Origin: Capsulimonadaceae bacterium
GTDB lineage: Bacteria; Armatimonadota; Armatimonadia; Armatimonadales; Capsulimonadaceae
NCBI GenBank assembly: GCA_965215505.1
Contig: OZ244065.1
Span: forward strand, 1,664,001 to 1,728,000
Reading direction: 5' to 3'
DNA length: 64,000 nt
Below are positions 46,671 through 56,308 of the stretch, piece after piece. Under the pieces are notes generated by a model, which saw nothing but the letters and a program-made list of their open reading frames with translations, was not told the origin of the DNA and did not search any database. Position 1 is the stretch's first letter. The number at the start of each line of letters is the position of its first letter. A program made the position numbers and the translations under genes.

Positions 46671-48454
46671 GCTTTCGTTTCTTCAAGCAGGCGGTTCAGG
46701 AAGTCTACCTGACTGAGCGCGCCGAGGTCCGTACCGCCGCGCTGGCGGACCGAGACGTTGCCCGCATCCCTGTCCCGGTCGCCGACGACGAGCATGTACG
46801 GGACCTTCTGGGACTCGGCCTCGGCGATCTTCTTGCCGACCTTCTCGTTGCGCCCGTCCATCTCCACGCGGAAGCCGGCGTCAACGAGGTTCGTTCTGAC
46901 ACTTTCCGCGTATTCTTTGTGCCGGTCGGCGATGGGCAGGATGACCGCCTGGACGGGCGCGAGCCAGGTGGGGAATGCGCCCGCATACTGCTCGATCAGA
47001 ATGCCCAGGAACCGCTCGGTGGAGCCGGTGACGGCCCGGTGCAGGACGACCGGCGTGTGCGGGTGGCTGTCCTCGCCGATGTAGGAGCAGCCGAGCCGGG
47101 CGGGCTGGATGAAATCCACCTGGATGGTGGAGATCTGCCACTCGCGGCCCAGCACGTCCCGCGTCAGGAAGTCGGCCTTGGGACCGTAGAAGGCCGCCTC
47201 GCCGCTGGCCTCCACATACTCCACCCTGTTCGCGTCCAGGGCGGACCGCAGGGCGTTCTCGGCAAGCTCCCATTTCTCGTCGTCCCGGACGAACTTGCTT
47301 TCGGGGTCGTCGTCGCGCAGGGACAGGCGGACGTAGTAGTCGGTGAACCCGTACCGCTGCAAGGTTTCGCGGATGAGCTGCAAGGCCAGCGTGAACTCGC
47401 TCTCGATCTGATCCGGCGTGCAGAAGATGTGGCAGTCGTCCTGGGTCAGCGACCGGACGCGGGTCAGGCCGTTCAGCTCACCGCTTTTTTCGTAGCGGTA
47501 CAGAGTCGCGAACTCGGCATAGCGCAGGGGCAGGTCGCGGTACGAGTGCATCTGCGTGTTGAACAAAGTCATGTGCGAGGGGCAGTTCATCGGCTTCAGG
47601 CGCATCCGGTCCCCGCCGGGGTCCACCATCGGCGGGAACATGCCGCCCGCGACCTTGTCGCCGTAGTTGTCCAGGTGGCCGGATTTGCGGTACAGCTCTT
47701 CCTTAGCGATGTGACCCGTCCAGACGTGCTGGTAGCCGTACTTGGTCTGCAAGTCGCGGACGTAGGTTTCCATCGCGTGCCGGATGGCCTCGCCTTTGGG
47801 CAGGAACAGGGGGATGCCGGGGCCGATGTCCTCGCTGAAGGCGAACAGGCCGAGCTGCTTGCCGAGGACGCGGTGGTCGCGCTTCTTGGCTTCTTCCAGC
47901 CGGACGTAGTAAGCGTCCAGCTCCCCCTGCGTATCGAACAGAACCCCATAGATGCGCTGGAGCTGGGGGCGCTTCTCATCGCCGCGCCAGTACGCGCCCG
48001 CCGTGTGGTCCAGCTTGAAGACGCCGATCTGGCCGGTGCTTTCGACGTGCGGGCCACGGCAGAGGTCGGTGAACGGCCCCTGCGTGTAGAACGAGATCGT
48101 CTCGCCTTCGGGCAGGTCACGGATCAGCTCGACCTTGTAGGACTGCCCCCGCGCCTCCTCAAAGGCGGTCGCCTCCTCGCGCGGCTTCTCGGCGCGGGTC
48201 AGCGGCAGGTCTTCGCGGCGGATGCGCTTCATCCTGGACTCGATCTCGACCAGGTCCTCCGGCGTCAGGGGCCGGGGCAGGTCGAAGTCGTAGTAAAAGC
48301 CTTCCTCGATCGGCGGGCCGATGGCGAGCTTGGCCTCGGGGAACTTTTCCAGCACCGCCTGCGCCATGACGTGCGCGGCGGTGTGCCGCTTCTTCCAGAT
48401 GTCGCTCACCGATGAGCCGCCGGGGTTGTCCAAAGAGTTGTCTGATTTTGCCAC
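46667..48454 (-). CDS. thrS: Threonine-tRNA ligase (no N-terminal TGS domain)
   Basis: RHTAAHVMAQAV, DLCRGPH, RDHR, LKPMNCP, GLTRVR, FYGPK. Confidence 0.97.
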   Translation of the reverse strand: MAKSDNSLDNPGGSSVSDIWKKRHTAAHVMAQAVLEKFPEAKLAIGPPIEEGFYYDFDLPRPLTPEDLVEIESRMKRIRREDLPLTRAEKPREEATAFEEARGQSYKVELIRDLPEGETISFYTQGPFTDLCRGPHVESTGQIGVFKLDHTAGAYWRGDEKRPQLQRIYGVLFDTQGELDAYYVRLEEAKKRDHRVLGKQLGLFAFSEDIGPGIPLFLPKGEAIRHAMETYVRDLQTKYGYQHVWTGHIAKEELYRKSGHLDNYGDKVAGGMFPPMVDPGGDRMRLKPMNCPSHMTLFNTQMHSYRDLPLRYAEFATLYRYEKSGELNGLTRVRSLTQDDCHIFCTPDQIESEFTLALQLIRETLQRYGFTDYYVRLSLRDDDPESKFVRDDEKWELAENALRSALDANRVEYVEASGEAAFYGPKADFLTRDVLGREWQISTIQVDFIQPARLGCSYIGEDSHPHTPVVLHRAVTGSTERFLGILIEQYAGAFPTWLAPVQAVILPIADRHKEYAESVRTNLVDAGFRVEMDGRNEKVGKKIAEAESQKVPYMLVVGDRDRDAGNVSVRQRGGTDLGALSQVDFLNRLLEETKA

Positions 48455-48556
48455 GTCGCTTCTCCATACCAAAGAGTGCAAGGAGTATAGCCGAACGGCA
48501 GGCCGTTTGTCAAACGCGGGCGGGAAGCGAGTATAATGGGTGGAAAGGAGAACGCC

Positions 48557-48895
48557 ATGGCACTTCTGGAAAGCTACGTCGCCGAACCGCCGCCGCTGTA
48601 TAAGACGGAGCAGGGCGCGATCCGGGTGCGCGGAACGCGGGTTTCACTCGACACAGTGATCTACGCCTATAACAGCGGGGCGACGCCGGAAGCCATCGTC
48701 CGATCATACACGACGCTGAAGCTCCGCGACGTGTACGCCGTCATCACCTACTACTTGGACCATCAAGACGTGGTGGATGCGTACATCGCGCGGCGGGAAG
48801 CAGAAGCGGCAGAGATCCGCAAGGAGATCGAGGCGAATCAGCCTTCCAACGCGGAGTTCGGCGCACGCTTACAGGCCCGCCTTGCGGAGAGTTAA
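48557..48895 (+). CDS. DUF433-family protein (antitoxin-like)
   Basis: IRVRGTRVSLDTVI..GATPEAIV..Y.TL.LRDVYAVITYY. Confidence 0.85.
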   Translation: MALLESYVAEPPPLYKTEQGAIRVRGTRVSLDTVIYAYNSGATPEAIVRSYTTLKLRDVYAVITYYLDHQDVVDAYIARREAEAAEIRKEIEANQPSNAEFGARLQARLAES

Positions 48896-49027
48896 GACGA
48901 GTGAATGAATTCACTCGCTCCAAGTAGAAGCGTCCAAGGGAGGCGATAACGGCACAGGCCGTCAAGAGGTCCTGTCTTCTGTCCCTTGGACAGGTCCTAC
49001 GTCAGCGAGTGATTCCAATCACTCGTC
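48896..49027. repeat. Inverted pair of 24-bp palindromic elements (REP-doublet-like)
   Basis: GACGAGTGAATGAATTCACTCGCT (48896-48919) and AGCGAGTGATTCCAATCACTCGTC (49004-49027). Confidence 0.7.
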
Positions 49028-49102
49028 CCTGCCCCTCCCCCTCAAAATCCTCCGCGCACGAGTCGCGCCTTCAGCGGTCTAACGGGTGTATAATAGACTC
49101 CC

Positions 49103-51634
49103 ATGTACGCCGACATCATCGTCCAGATTGACGTGGCCGGGCTGCCGCAGCCGCTCACCTATGCAGTCCCCCCCGCCCTGCCGCTCACCGTCGGTTCAGC
49201 CGTCGTGGTCCCGTTCGGGGCGCAGGCGGCGGTCGGCTACGTCGTCGGGCTGAAGGACGAGTGTCCGCCGGAGATGGCGGCGAAGATCAAGCCGGTCGCC
49301 GCGCGGATCGAGAACGCGCCGGGCTTCGACGCGCCAATGCTGGCCTTGGCGCAGTGGGTAGCGGAGCAGACCCTGTGCGACCTGCGGGACGCCCTGCGGC
49401 TGATCGTGCCGGATGTGATGTCGTCGCAGATCAAGACGACCCTGACATTGGCCGAGGACTGGGAAGAGCGGCTTGCCGGGTCGCGCGCCCCCTCGCAGAA
49501 AGATCTGGCGTCAGCCCTGGCTGCGCTGGGCGGGTCGGCGGAGCCGGCCAAGCTGGCGAAAGCCTTGGGGCAGGCGAAGCCCGGCCCTGCCCTGGCCGAA
49601 TTGCGGAAGAAGGGCATCATCACCGAAGAGCGGTCGGTTAAATTGCCACCGGCCCGGCGGAAGATGGTGCGCCTGCTGCGCCTGGCCGTCACTGCGGACG
49701 TGGCCGGGGAAGAAGCCGCCCGGCTGGAGCGGGCGGGCGCGGCGCGTCAGGCGCGGCTGCTGCGTGCTCTGGTGACGGCGGAGGAGGAAGGCCGGGCCTC
49801 GAAGATGCCGTCCTCGGGGCTGGCCGTGGGCGCGAGCGCCGGGGCGGCGGCGAAGGCTCTGGCGGAGAAGGGGCTGGCACGGTATGCCGAGGTGCCGAGC
49901 CGGCGGGACCCGTTCCAGTTCTTCGGCTTCGTCGCGGGGGACGCGCCGCCGCTGACCGACGCCCAGGCGCGGGCGACGAGCGAAATCGGGCATCATCTCC
50001 AGGCGCGGGACGGGCGGACTTTGCTGCTGCACGGAGTCACCGGGTCGGGCAAGACGGAGGTCTACCTGGATGCCGTCGCCCGGACGCTGGCGCTGGGGCG
50101 GAACGCTTTGATCCTGCTGCCGGAGATCGGACTGACGGCGCAGGTGCTGGACCTGTTCAAAGCGCGCTTCGGGGCGGACGAAGTGGCCGTGCTGCACTCG
50201 GCCCTGTCGCTGGGCGAGCGGCACGACGAGTGGCGGCGGATACAGTCGGGCGAGGCGCGCGTCGTCGTCGGGGCACGGTCCGCTGTCTTCGCGCCGGTGC
50301 CCAATCTGGGGCTGATGGTGCTGGACGAGGAGCACGACGGCTCCTACAAGCAGGACTCGAACCCGCGCTACCATGCGCGTGACGCCGCCCGGTTCCGGGC
50401 CGCCCAGACGGGCGCGACGGTGATCCTGGGCAGCGCGACGCCTTCTCTGGAGAGCTTCTACCTGGCACAAGCGGGCGAGTACGGGCTGATCTCGCTGGCC
50501 GAACGCATTGACAGCCGCCCCCTGCCGCCGGTCGCCGTGGTGGACTTGCGCGAAGAGATGAAGGCGGTCCCCGTGCCGGTCATCAAGACGGCGGATAAGA
50601 CGGCGGCGGGGAAGCAGGAGCGCCCCGAGCCGCCGCCCCGATCCGTCTTCGGCGCGGACCTTGCCGCCGCTTTGGGCTGCTGCCTGGTGCGGCGCGAGCA
50701 GGCGATCTTGTTCCTCAACCGGCGCGGGTTCGCCTCGTTCCTGCTCTGCCGGGACTGCGGGTTCACGTTCCACTGCCCGAACTGCGACGTCTCGCTGACC
50801 TATCACCACGCGGGCCGCTTTCTCCAGTGTCACCACTGCGACTTCCGGCGGCGCGTCCCGGACGTCTGCCCGACGTGCGGGGGGCTGCGCCTGCGGCCGT
50901 TCGGGGTCGGGACGGAGAAGGTGGAGGACGCTGTCCGCCGCCTGCTCCCCGCGGCGCGGACCCTGCGGATGGACCGGGATACGATGTCGCGCAAGGGCGC
51001 ACACGCCGAAACGCTGCGGGCCTTCAAGCGCGGCGAGGCGGACATCCTGATCGGGACGCAGATGGTCGCCAAGGGCCTGGACTTCCCCAACGTCACCCTG
51101 GTCGGGGTCGTCAGCGCCGACACGGCCTTGAACATCCCGGACTTCCGCGCCCCGGAGCGGGCCTTCCAGCTTCTGACCCAGGTGGCGGGGCGGGCGGGGC
51201 GCGGCAAGGTGCCGGGGCAGGTGATCGTGCAGACGTTCTCGCCCGACCACGAGAGCGTGCTGTTCGCGGCCCGGCACGATTATTTGGGCTTCTACGCGCA
51301 GGCCATTGGGGAGCGGCAGGAGCTTGGGTATCCGCCCTTCGCGCACATGGCGAATTTGGTCTTCACGGACGAGGCCGAGGACGAGGCGCGCAAGCGCGGC
51401 TACCGGATGGCGAACGTCCTGCGGGCGCACATCGGCGCGGACGCGGGCGTCAAGCTGCTCGGCCCGGTCGCCTGCCCCCTGTCGCGCCTGCGCGGGCGGT
51501 ATCGCTGGCATCTCGCCCTGCGCGCGCCCGCCAAAGAAACCCTCCTGGGACTCCTTCGGACCGCCCTGGCGGAGATGACGGCGGCGGAGCGGCAGGGCCT
51601 GTCTCTGGACATGGACCCGCTTTCGATGCTCTGA
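49103..51634 (+). CDS. priA: Primosomal protein N'
   Basis: GVTGSGKTEVY, DEEHD, four CxxC pairs, GTQMVAKGLDFP, QVAGRAGR. Confidence 0.97.
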   Translation: MYADIIVQIDVAGLPQPLTYAVPPALPLTVGSAVVVPFGAQAAVGYVVGLKDECPPEMAAKIKPVAARIENAPGFDAPMLALAQWVAEQTLCDLRDALRLIVPDVMSSQIKTTLTLAEDWEERLAGSRAPSQKDLASALAALGGSAEPAKLAKALGQAKPGPALAELRKKGIITEERSVKLPPARRKMVRLLRLAVTADVAGEEAARLERAGAARQARLLRALVTAEEEGRASKMPSSGLAVGASAGAAAKALAEKGLARYAEVPSRRDPFQFFGFVAGDAPPLTDAQARATSEIGHHLQARDGRTLLLHGVTGSGKTEVYLDAVARTLALGRNALILLPEIGLTAQVLDLFKARFGADEVAVLHSALSLGERHDEWRRIQSGEARVVVGARSAVFAPVPNLGLMVLDEEHDGSYKQDSNPRYHARDAARFRAAQTGATVILGSATPSLESFYLAQAGEYGLISLAERIDSRPLPPVAVVDLREEMKAVPVPVIKTADKTAAGKQERPEPPPRSVFGADLAAALGCCLVRREQAILFLNRRGFASFLLCRDCGFTFHCPNCDVSLTYHHAGRFLQCHHCDFRRRVPDVCPTCGGLRLRPFGVGTEKVEDAVRRLLPAARTLRMDRDTMSRKGAHAETLRAFKRGEADILIGTQMVAKGLDFPNVTLVGVVSADTALNIPDFRAPERAFQLLTQVAGRAGRGKVPGQVIVQTFSPDHESVLFAARHDYLGFYAQAIGERQELGYPPFAHMANLVFTDEAEDEARKRGYRMANVLRAHIGADAGVKLLGPVACPLSRLRGRYRWHLALRAPAKETLLGLLRTALAEMTAAERQGLSLDMDPLSML

Positions 51635-51666
51635 CTCGCTGCGCTTTTGTGCTATAATAACCGGCA

Positions 51667-52266
51667 ATGACGGACGGGGGAGAAATGGACGGGGGAGAAA
51701 ACGCGATGGCGAGAGCCGCGGCCAGGCTGACCGATCTGATCCGCAAAGACGATCCGATCGTCAAGTACGACGAGGCGGAGGGGGTCCACCTCCTGCGCCA
51801 GAGGTCCAAGCCTGTTTTGAGCGTCAACGAGGACGTGGTGGAGCTGGTGGCGCACATGGAGCGCATCATGCGGGCGGCGAACGGGGTCGGTCTGGCCGCG
51901 CCGCAGCTCGGCATCCTGCAACGCATCTTCGTTTACGATGCAGGCGATGGCTTCCAAGCGATCGTCAACCCGAAGATTCTGGGGCGCAAGGGGGAGCAGG
52001 TGGGCGTGGAAGGCTGCCTCTCCATCCCCGGCTTGCAGGGGGACGTGATTCGGGCCAACGAGGTCGTCGTCAAGGGCACGGACCAGTTCGGCAAGCCCGT
52101 CCGAATCCGCAGCGACGGCCTGGCCGCCCGAGTCATCCAGCACGAGAACGACCACCTCGACGGCATCCTCTTCATCGACCGTAACCCGACGGACCTGCAC
52201 TGGGTCACGGCGGAGGAAGAGGAAGAAGAGGAAGCCGACGGCACGGCGGGACAGACGCGGGAATAG
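51667..52266 (+). CDS. def: Peptide deformylase
   Basis: GVGLAAPQ, EGCLS, HENDH. Confidence 0.96.
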   Translation: MTDGGEMDGGENAMARAAARLTDLIRKDDPIVKYDEAEGVHLLRQRSKPVLSVNEDVVELVAHMERIMRAANGVGLAAPQLGILQRIFVYDAGDGFQAIVNPKILGRKGEQVGVEGCLSIPGLQGDVIRANEVVVKGTDQFGKPVRIRSDGLAARVIQHENDHLDGILFIDRNPTDLHWVTAEEEEEEEADGTAGQTRE

Positions 52267-52277
52267 ATTGGCATAAG

Positions 52278-53207
52278 ATGCGCCTCTTGTTCATGGGAAC
52301 GTCACCGTTCGCCGTCCCCACGCTCCACCGCCTGGACGCCTCGCCGGGCCATGACGTGCTTGCCGTCGTGACGCAGCCGGACCGGCCCTCGGGGCGCGGC
52401 GGCAAAATGTCCATGTCGCCCGTCAAGGAAGCCGCCCAAGCGGCGGGGCTTGTGCTGCTTCAGCCGGAGAAGGTGCGCGCCAAAGATTTCGCCCAGACCG
52501 TCCGGGAGATGGCACCCGAGATCATCGTCGTGGCCGCCTTCGGCCAGATCATCCCGCAGCGCGTCCTCGACATCCCCCCGATGGGCTGCATCAACGTCCA
52601 CGGCTCCCTGCTCCCGCGCTGGCGCGGCGCGGCCCCCATGCAGTACGCGCTCATGGCGGGGGACGCCGAGACGGGCGTGACCACCATGATGATGGACGCC
52701 GGGCTGGACACGGGCGACATCCTCCTGCAAGCGGGGATGCCGTTGGGCGATGTCGAAAGCCTGGCCGTTCTTGAGTCGCGACTGGCCGAGATCGGGGCGG
52801 ACCTGCTGATGGAGACGCTGGACGCCCTGGCGCGCGGCGACTGCCCGCGCACCCCACAGGATGCGGCTTTCGTAACGCTCTCCCCCTCCCTGCCGCCGGA
52901 CATCGGCTTGCTGGATTGGGACCGGCCCGCCGCCGACCTGCACAACCTGGTGCGGGGCGTCACGCCCAAGCCGGGCGCTTACACGATCTGGCAGGGCAAG
53001 CGCCTGAAGGTCTGGCGCACACGGGTCGCGGAAGCGGTCGGCGGGGTGCCGGGGACGGTTGAGAGTGTAGGGATCGGGGGTATAACTATTCATACAAGCA
53101 AGGGGGCTTTACGCCTGCTCGAAGTGCAGCCGGAGAGCAAAGGCCGCATGACGGCGGACGCCTGGGCACGCGGCGCGCGCGTCACGGCCGGTCAGAAAAT
53201 AGAGTAA
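52278..53207 (+). CDS. fmt: Methionyl-tRNA formyltransferase
   Basis: FMGTSPFA, TQPDRP, NVHGSLLPRWRGAAP. Confidence 0.96.
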   Translation: MRLLFMGTSPFAVPTLHRLDASPGHDVLAVVTQPDRPSGRGGKMSMSPVKEAAQAAGLVLLQPEKVRAKDFAQTVREMAPEIIVVAAFGQIIPQRVLDIPPMGCINVHGSLLPRWRGAAPMQYALMAGDAETGVTTMMMDAGLDTGDILLQAGMPLGDVESLAVLESRLAEIGADLLMETLDALARGDCPRTPQDAAFVTLSPSLPPDIGLLDWDRPAADLHNLVRGVTPKPGAYTIWQGKRLKVWRTRVAEAVGGVPGTVESVGIGGITIHTSKGALRLLEVQPESKGRMTADAWARGARVTAGQKIE

Positions 53208-53217
53208 GGAGCCGGAG

Positions 53218-53568
53218 ATGGGATTGCAGGAGGAGCGGCTGGAACGGGGCATCGCGTATAAGCTTGAAGGCCGCTATGACGAGGCCGTGGCCGACTTCCG
53301 CCACCTGCTGACGGAGAACGGCGACCACGCCGAAGCTCACCATCAGCTCGGCCTCGTCCTCGGCTTCATCGGCGACTTTGAAACGTCGCTGGCGGAACTG
53401 GAACACGCCACACGGCTCGACCCCAGCAACACGCTCTCCCGGAATGACCTTGCGCTGACCTATACGATGCTCGGCATGTACGACGAGGCGAAGGCCGAAT
53501 TCGCCCGTGTTCTTGCCCAGGACCAGGGCAATGACGTGGCCCGGCGCAACCTCACCTACCTGCTGTGA
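53218..53568 (+). CDS. TPR-repeat protein
   Basis: TPR-like helical repeats. Confidence 0.8.
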   Translation: MGLQEERLERGIAYKLEGRYDEAVADFRHLLTENGDHAEAHHQLGLVLGFIGDFETSLAELEHATRLDPSNTLSRNDLALTYTMLGMYDEAKAEFARVLAQDQGNDVARRNLTYLL

Positions 53569-55901
53569 TGCGAAGGCTGATCGGCCTCCTCCCCTTCCTT
53601 GCGCTCCTTGTGCCGCCCTGCCTGCTGCTGTGGCCCGTCGTGGTCCACGGGGAGGCGTTCCTCCCCGCCGACATGTTGCGCGACATCGCCCCGTGGCGCA
53701 CCGCCGATCCCGCCTCGCTCGTCCCGTGGAACCCCTTGATGTGGGACGGCGTGGCCGAATTCTATCCTTGGCGGCTGTTCGCCGCGCAGACGCTCCGCTC
53801 AGGCTATTTGCCGCTGTGGAACCCGCACCAGTTCTGCGGCACCCCGTTCGTCGCAAACTCACAGTCGGCGGTCTTTTACCCACTCAACCTTCTGTTCTGC
53901 CTCCTGCCTGTCGCGCGGGCCTTCGGCGTTAGTGTCCTGCTGCACCTGTTCCTCACCGGCGTCTTTTCCTACCTTTTCCTGCGTTCGCCCGCCCTGGGGC
54001 TGGGCCGGGCGGCTTCGCTCGTGGGTGCGGTCGCCTGGCAGACGTGCCACTGGCAGGTGGCCTGGCTGGCCCTGCCGACGTTCCTGTGCGTCTCCGCCTG
54101 GCTGCCGCTTGCCCTGCTGCTGGTAGACAAGGCTGCCGAGCGGCCCTCGATGACGCGCGCCGTGCCGCTGGGCCTGTGCCTCGGGCTGATGCTGCTGGCG
54201 GGCCACCTCCAGATCGCGCTTTACTGCTTCGGGTTGGTCGCGGCCTATGCCGTGTTCCGCCTCCTGCCGCGCGTTAAAGCTCACTGGCCGGCTTTGCTCG
54301 GCTGTGCCACGCTGGCGCTCGCCCTGGCCTTCGGGCTGGCCGCCCCGCAGCTACTCCCCGCCTTCGAGTTGGCGCGCGTCTCGCACCGGGCAGGCGGGTC
54401 GCCGACCTGGGCCGCGTATCAGGGCTATGTGCGCCTGGCCGTGCCACCCGCTAATCTGGTGACGCTGTTCCTGCCGGGCTTCTTCGGCAGCCCGACGCGG
54501 GGAACCTACTGGGGGATCGGCCTGAACGGCGGGCCGGGCGCGTACATGGAAAACGCCTGCTACGGCGGCGTCCTCGCCCTGCTGTTCGCACTGACCGGGC
54601 TGGCGGCGACGTGGCGCAGGAGCGCGGCGACCCGGTTCTTCGCCCTCTCCGCCGCTGTCTCTCTGCTGCTGGCCCTAGGGACGCCGCTGAACGCACTGCC
54701 CTTCTTCGGCCTACCGGGCTTTGCCCAGACCGGCTCGCCGGGCCGCATCCTGGTCCTGTGGTCGTTCTGCGTGTCCGTCCTGGCGGCAGTAGGGACGCAG
54801 GCCGCGTTGCAAAAACAGTGGCGGGCGTTAGGCTGGGGCGCGGGCGCGTTCGTTGCCGTCTTCCTGCTGGCTCTGGGCTATGCCGCCCTCTGGGTGGGCA
54901 ATAACTATCGGGAGTTCCCGCTCGGTGCCATACTCGGGACTGATGCCGACCTGTGGCGGCTCCCGCTGGGCCTCTTGTTCGGCGCAGCGGCGGCCCTATG
55001 GCTGTGGCATCGCGGCAGTATCAGGACGCCGGTTCTGGGGACCGCTTTAGCCGTCCTAGTCGTGGCAGACCTGTTGGCGGCTGGCTACGGCTTCAACCGG
55101 ACGACGGCACCCCAGAACGTGTACCCCATAACACCGCTGATCGCCTTTTTGCAGGCGCACAAGGCGGAAGGCCGGATCATGCCGGTCAACCGCCGCTGGA
55201 GCTTTGACCCGTTTAAGCCGCCGCCCGCCATACTGCCGCCCAACGCGGCGACTGTCTACGGGCTGGACGACGTACAGGGCTACGACTCACTGCTGACCGG
55301 CCAGTATTTCCAGTTCGCGATTGCCATGGACGGTGGTTCCCCTGCCCCGCCGGAGAACGGGAACATGGTATTCACCTACGGGATGGGTTCGTGGGAGGCG
55401 CGGGAGGCGGGGGCACGTTTCGTGGTGACGCGGGAGCCACTGCCGGGGGCAGCCCCGGTGTTCCAGGATGGTGGGGGTTACGTCTACGAGGATAAAAAGG
55501 CGCTGCCGCGAACGCGACTTGCTGGGGAGAAATTGAGTGCCGAAGGCATCGGCTTTGTGTCATTGCCACAGCCACCAACACGCTGGAGTCTGCTGGCAGG
55601 GACAGAAAGCCTGTCACCGCCCCGGACAGTGGTAGTAGCCGACCAATGGTATCCCGGCTGGCGTGCCTACTTCGGTGGGCAACAGGCGGCTCTGGAGCGG
55701 GGGCCGGACATCTTCCGCACTGTCACACTCACGCCGAAACAACTCATACACAGCGCAACCAACAACCCGATAGAGATGCACTACGAGCCGGAGGCGTTCC
55801 AGGTCGGCCTCTATGCGCTCTGCCTGGCGCTGGGGGGGGCGGCGGCCGTCACGGCCGCCGCGTTCACGCGCAGACTAAACCGCCGTCGCCGCCGCGCTTG
55901 A
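53565..55901 (+). CDS. YfhO-like multi-pass membrane protein
   Basis: PLWNPHQFCGTPF, FYPLN, AGHLQ, WYPGWRA. Confidence 0.75.
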   Translation: MMRRLIGLLPFLALLVPPCLLLWPVVVHGEAFLPADMLRDIAPWRTADPASLVPWNPLMWDGVAEFYPWRLFAAQTLRSGYLPLWNPHQFCGTPFVANSQSAVFYPLNLLFCLLPVARAFGVSVLLHLFLTGVFSYLFLRSPALGLGRAASLVGAVAWQTCHWQVAWLALPTFLCVSAWLPLALLLVDKAAERPSMTRAVPLGLCLGLMLLAGHLQIALYCFGLVAAYAVFRLLPRVKAHWPALLGCATLALALAFGLAAPQLLPAFELARVSHRAGGSPTWAAYQGYVRLAVPPANLVTLFLPGFFGSPTRGTYWGIGLNGGPGAYMENACYGGVLALLFALTGLAATWRRSAATRFFALSAAVSLLLALGTPLNALPFFGLPGFAQTGSPGRILVLWSFCVSVLAAVGTQAALQKQWRALGWGAGAFVAVFLLALGYAALWVGNNYREFPLGAILGTDADLWRLPLGLLFGAAAALWLWHRGSIRTPVLGTALAVLVVADLLAAGYGFNRTTAPQNVYPITPLIAFLQAHKAEGRIMPVNRRWSFDPFKPPPAILPPNAATVYGLDDVQGYDSLLTGQYFQFAIAMDGGSPAPPENGNMVFTYGMGSWEAREAGARFVVTREPLPGAAPVFQDGGGYVYEDKKALPRTRLAGEKLSAEGIGFVSLPQPPTRWSLLAGTESLSPPRTVVVADQWYPGWRAYFGGQQAALERGPDIFRTVTLTPKQLIHSATNNPIEMHYEPEAFQVGLYALCLALGGAAAVTAAAFTRRLNRRRRRA

Positions 55902-56258
55902 CGGAGCAGCCTTTGCCGCCGCGAGGGCTTCCTCTTCCGTCGCATAAACGCCGAAGATTGTGTTCAGGCGGGTAATCTGGAGCATCCTCTGGATGGAGTC
56001 GTTGCACCCACTTAGGTACAAAGCACCGTCGAGGGGTCGCAGGCGCTTGGTGGCGGAAAGCAGGGTGCCGAAGCCGCTGCTGTCCATATACGTCACCTGT
56101 GTCATGTTGATGATGATGGCGGGCTTGTTCTCGTCAATGGCGGCGCTGACCGCCTCTTTGAACTGCGGGGTGGTGTAAATGTCTATCTCGCCGACCACGT
56201 CCAAAACGGGGATGCCGTCGAGATGACGCAGGCTGGTTTCTATTCGCATGGTCTCCAT
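55875..56258 (-). CDS. STAS-domain anti-anti-sigma factor
   Basis: GEIDIYT, VTYMDSSGFG. Confidence 0.9.
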   Translation of the reverse strand: METMRIETSLRHLDGIPVLDVVGEIDIYTTPQFKEAVSAAIDENKPAIIINMTQVTYMDSSGFGTLLSATKRLRPLDGALYLSGCNDSIQRMLQITRLNTIFGVYATEEEALAAAKAAPSSAAATAV

Positions 56259-56308
56259 GAATGGGTCTTCTCCTGAGAAACGGTGAAAAGGGTGAGGCTT
56301 AGGCGTAT

